Shown in pieces: positions 44,894-47,140 of a DNA stretch of 47,140 bases (positions within the stretch are counted from its first letter, which is position 1; every line of letters begins with the position of its first letter). Source of the stretch: Novosphingobium sp. (lineage in GTDB: Bacteria; Pseudomonadota; Alphaproteobacteria; Sphingomonadales; Sphingomonadaceae). The stretch covers positions 1 through 47,140 of the forward strand of contig DASTGC010000324.1 of the NCBI GenBank assembly GCA_035719485.1, read 5' to 3'. A model generated the notes under the pieces. The model saw only the letters and a program-made list of their open reading frames with translations, was not told the origin of the DNA and made no database searches. The translations under genes were made by a program, and so were the position numbers.

Positions 44894-46359
44894 AGCGCTG
44901 GCGCGGCATGGCCGGCCAGCGGCGCCGGGAGGAACCTGTCGACAATCAGGCGGACCTCGGTCCACGCGGGATGGCGCACGAGCGCGAGCATGGCGAGCCA
45001 GCAGCCAACCCCCGCGGCGGCGAGGGCGGCCAAGGGAACCAAGCCCGGCAGGGGTCCGACCCACCCGAAATGCAGGGCGAGGAACATCGGCCCGGCGGCG
45101 GCTAGCGCGCACGCAGCGCTGCGCAGGTAGGTTGCCGCGAGGGCTGTGGCGGGAAGGTCGAGCAGGCTGCGGATGAAGCCGATATAGATCGCGAACCAGA
45201 CCGCGGCGGCAACCAGTCGGCTGACGGCAGCGGCGTGGAGGCCCCAGCCACAGAAGACCAGCAGGATCGCGATTGTGGCCGCAGTCTCGGCAATATTGAT
45301 CCAGACCAGCCGCCGGATCCGTCCGAGCATGATCGGTACATCCATGTGCAGCGGAATGGCGAAGAACAGCGCCTCGGCAAGGGCCGTCCAGCGCAGCAGC
45401 GACGCGGCCTCGGCCCAGCGCGGGCCGTAGAGCAGGTTGACGAGCGGCTCGGCCGCGACGGCCAGACCGGCCGCCGCCGCCCAGTTGAGTGCGGTGTTGC
45501 AGGCAATCAGGTGGAGATAAGGGCCCGCTAGGTCTTCGCCGGCATCACGCTTGCGCGCGAAGGCTGGGTAGAAGACCGCGTTGATCGCGCCCACCACCAG
45601 CGAGGAGAGCTGACCCGCCAAGGCGCTGGCACGGGTGAACAGGCCGGTTGCGGCCGTTCCGAGGATGCGGCCGACGATCAGGTCCTGGCTGCGCATCCCG
45701 ATCGCGCCGCTCAGGCTGATCGCAAAGGACGAACCGCTGAATCCGAGCATGGCGCGCACGACCGACCGATCTCGGGGGCGGCGGGGCAGGACCGGCACGG
45801 CCGCAACGACGACGGCGAGGCGGACCACTGTGGTCGCCAGCATGCCCCAGGCGAGCGCGGCCGGCCCGGCTCCCGCGGCGGCGCAGACGACACTGGCCGC
45901 GCCCCCGGCAAGCGCACTGCCGGTATTGGCGAAGAACAGGGTGCGGAAGTCCATCCGACGGGTAAGCAGTGCAGCCGGAACGATGGCGAAGGGCAAAGCT
46001 GCATAGGCTGCCGCAATGATCAGCATCAGGGAGGCGAGCCCCGGTTCCCGGTACCACTGCGCCAGAGGCGCGGCGGCAAGCGCCACGGCGGTGGCGACCA
46101 GCCAGCCGAGCGCCACGGCGACGGCCGCATAGTCGCGCACGTGCTCCTCGCACATTTCCGGTTGCCCGGTGACGAATCGGCTGATGCCCATGTCCTGAAA
46201 GATTGAGACCATCATCGCGGCGGCCAGCGCGATTGAGAACAGCCCTACGTCCGCCGGCTGGAGGAAGAACCGCGAGACAATCACGCTGCTGGCGAACTGG
46301 CAGGAGAAGCTGCCGTACTGCGTTGCCAGCGACCACGCGGCCGAGCGGCGCAGGCTCAT
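44860..46359 (-). CDS. Wzx/PST-family oligosaccharide flippase
   Basis: About 12 hydrophobic segments; LQPADVGLF, ALLTRRMDFR, GLFTRA, VFYPAFA, LLYGPRW. Confidence 0.88.
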   Translation of the reverse strand: MSLRRSAAWSLATQYGSFSCQFASSVIVSRFFLQPADVGLFSIALAAAMMVSIFQDMGISRFVTGQPEMCEEHVRDYAAVAVALGWLVATAVALAAAPLAQWYREPGLASLMLIIAAAYAALPFAIVPAALLTRRMDFRTLFFANTGSALAGGAASVVCAAAGAGPAALAWGMLATTVVRLAVVVAAVPVLPRRPRDRSVVRAMLGFSGSSFAISLSGAIGMRSQDLIVGRILGTAATGLFTRASALAGQLSSLVVGAINAVFYPAFARKRDAGEDLAGPYLHLIACNTALNWAAAAGLAVAAEPLVNLLYGPRWAEAASLLRWTALAEALFFAIPLHMDVPIMLGRIRRLVWINIAETAATIAILLVFCGWGLHAAAVSRLVAAAVWFAIYIGFIRSLLDLPATALAATYLRSAACALAAAGPMFLALHFGWVGPLPGLVPLAALAAAGVGCWLAMLALVRHPAWTEVRLIVDRFLPAPLAGHAAPALQRRAAQAADR

Positions 46360-47140
46360 GCGGCGAGGCCCCCGGCAAGGGCGACGGCGAGGCGCATGGC
46401 CCGCGCGGGCTCGCCGAAGCGGACGAGGCGCGGAACCGTGCGCCACAGGTCGCGGCCGCGACCGCCTTCGGCAACGTGACGCAGCAGCAGGTCGAACGCC
46501 TCGCCGGAAAGGGCTGGCCGGGAATAGAGCAGGGCGCGCGCGGTTTCGCCGCGGACCTCCCGCCCGATGCCACTGCGGCCGAACAGGGCATCGAGTTGGT
46601 CGATCGGCGGAAGCTCTTCAAGCATTTCGGTCGGATCCTGGCGTCCGGCAAGCCGCTCACGCCACGCCGCCCGCGAGATGGCGACCCCGACCGACTGTTC
46701 GACTGCGTGGCGAATGGAGACCTGCCCATTGGAGCGGCGGTATTGCAGCAGCCGCTCGGGCAGATTGGTGATGCGCGTGCGGTGGGCGAGGCGCAGCCAC
46801 AGGTCGTAGTCCTCGCAGTGACGGAAAGCTGAATGATAGCCGCCCGCGTCGAGCACGACCTGGCGGCGGTACATGACGGTCGGGTGGGCCAGCAGCGGTC
46901 CATTCTCGTCGATATGGCGCAGGAACGCATCATGCGAGAGCGGATGCTCGGCGCTGTTGAGCTGGTAGGGCGCACCGTTTTCGTCGATGTCGATGGTCCG
47001 GCTGCCGACGACGCCATGGTCCGGATGGCCGGCGAGGAAGGCGATCTGGCGCGCGAAGCGATTGGGCAGGCACATGTCGTCGGCGTCCATGCGGGCGACG
47101 AGCGGCGCGCGCGCTTCGCGCAGCAGTTGGTTGAGGCTGG
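46356..47140 (-). CDS. Glycosyltransferase family 2 (3' part; 5' end outside the window)
   Basis: SLNQLLREARAPLVARMDADD, RFARQ, HPTVMYRR, EDYDLWLR; stop overlaps the flippase start. Confidence 0.9.
   Translation of the reverse strand, partial: SLNQLLREARAPLVARMDADDMCLPNRFARQIAFLAGHPDHGVVGSRTIDIDENGAPYQLNSAEHPLSHDAFLRHIDENGPLLAHPTVMYRRQVVLDAGGYHSAFRHCEDYDLWLRLAHRTRITNLPERLLQYRRSNGQVSIRHAVEQSVGVAISRAAWRERLAGRQDPTEMLEELPPIDQLDALFGRSGIGREVRGETARALLYSRPALSGEAFDLLLRHVAEGGRGRDLWRTVPRLVRFGEPARAMRLAVALAGGLAA

Overview
High-GC alphaproteobacterial chromosome segment, most consistent with a sphingomonad (Novosphingobium/Erythrobacter-like; inferred from the Atm1, PhoK-type phosphatase and flagellar proteins). 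Left to right: ahpF (partial)-ahpC with an inverted REP-like doublet between them; aroC; a three-gene catabolic islet (amidohydrolase, epoxide hydrolase, TIM-barrel protein); a sigma54/sigma28-type flagellar cluster (flgBCDEFGHIJKL-motAB on the minus strand; a second diverged motA/motB-like pair, flgA, flgM, flgN, a lytic transglycosylase, flhA and fliA on the plus strand); an FNR-controlled micro-oxic module (fnr, ompW, ccoNOQP-ccoGHIS, a small Cys-rich ORF, hemN); a receiver-only response regulator; dsbD; an alkaline phosphatase; a Ubi hydroxylase; GST; atm1; and the edge of a polysaccharide locus. No rRNA, tRNA, CRISPR array or transposase was seen. Best candidates for undescribed biology: (1) a ~105-nt sRNA downstream of hemN with its own FNR box, an anti-SD seed and a terminator; (2) a truncated PomA/PomB-like second stator pair; (3) a phased 16-bp palindromic operator repeated in the flagellar promoters; (4) an FNR box embedded in a Cys-rich ORF that predicts a leaderless hemN mRNA; (5) three chained 16-codon micro-ORFs; (6) a cysteine-free FlgH. 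All calls come from reading the sequence by eye; no searches were run.
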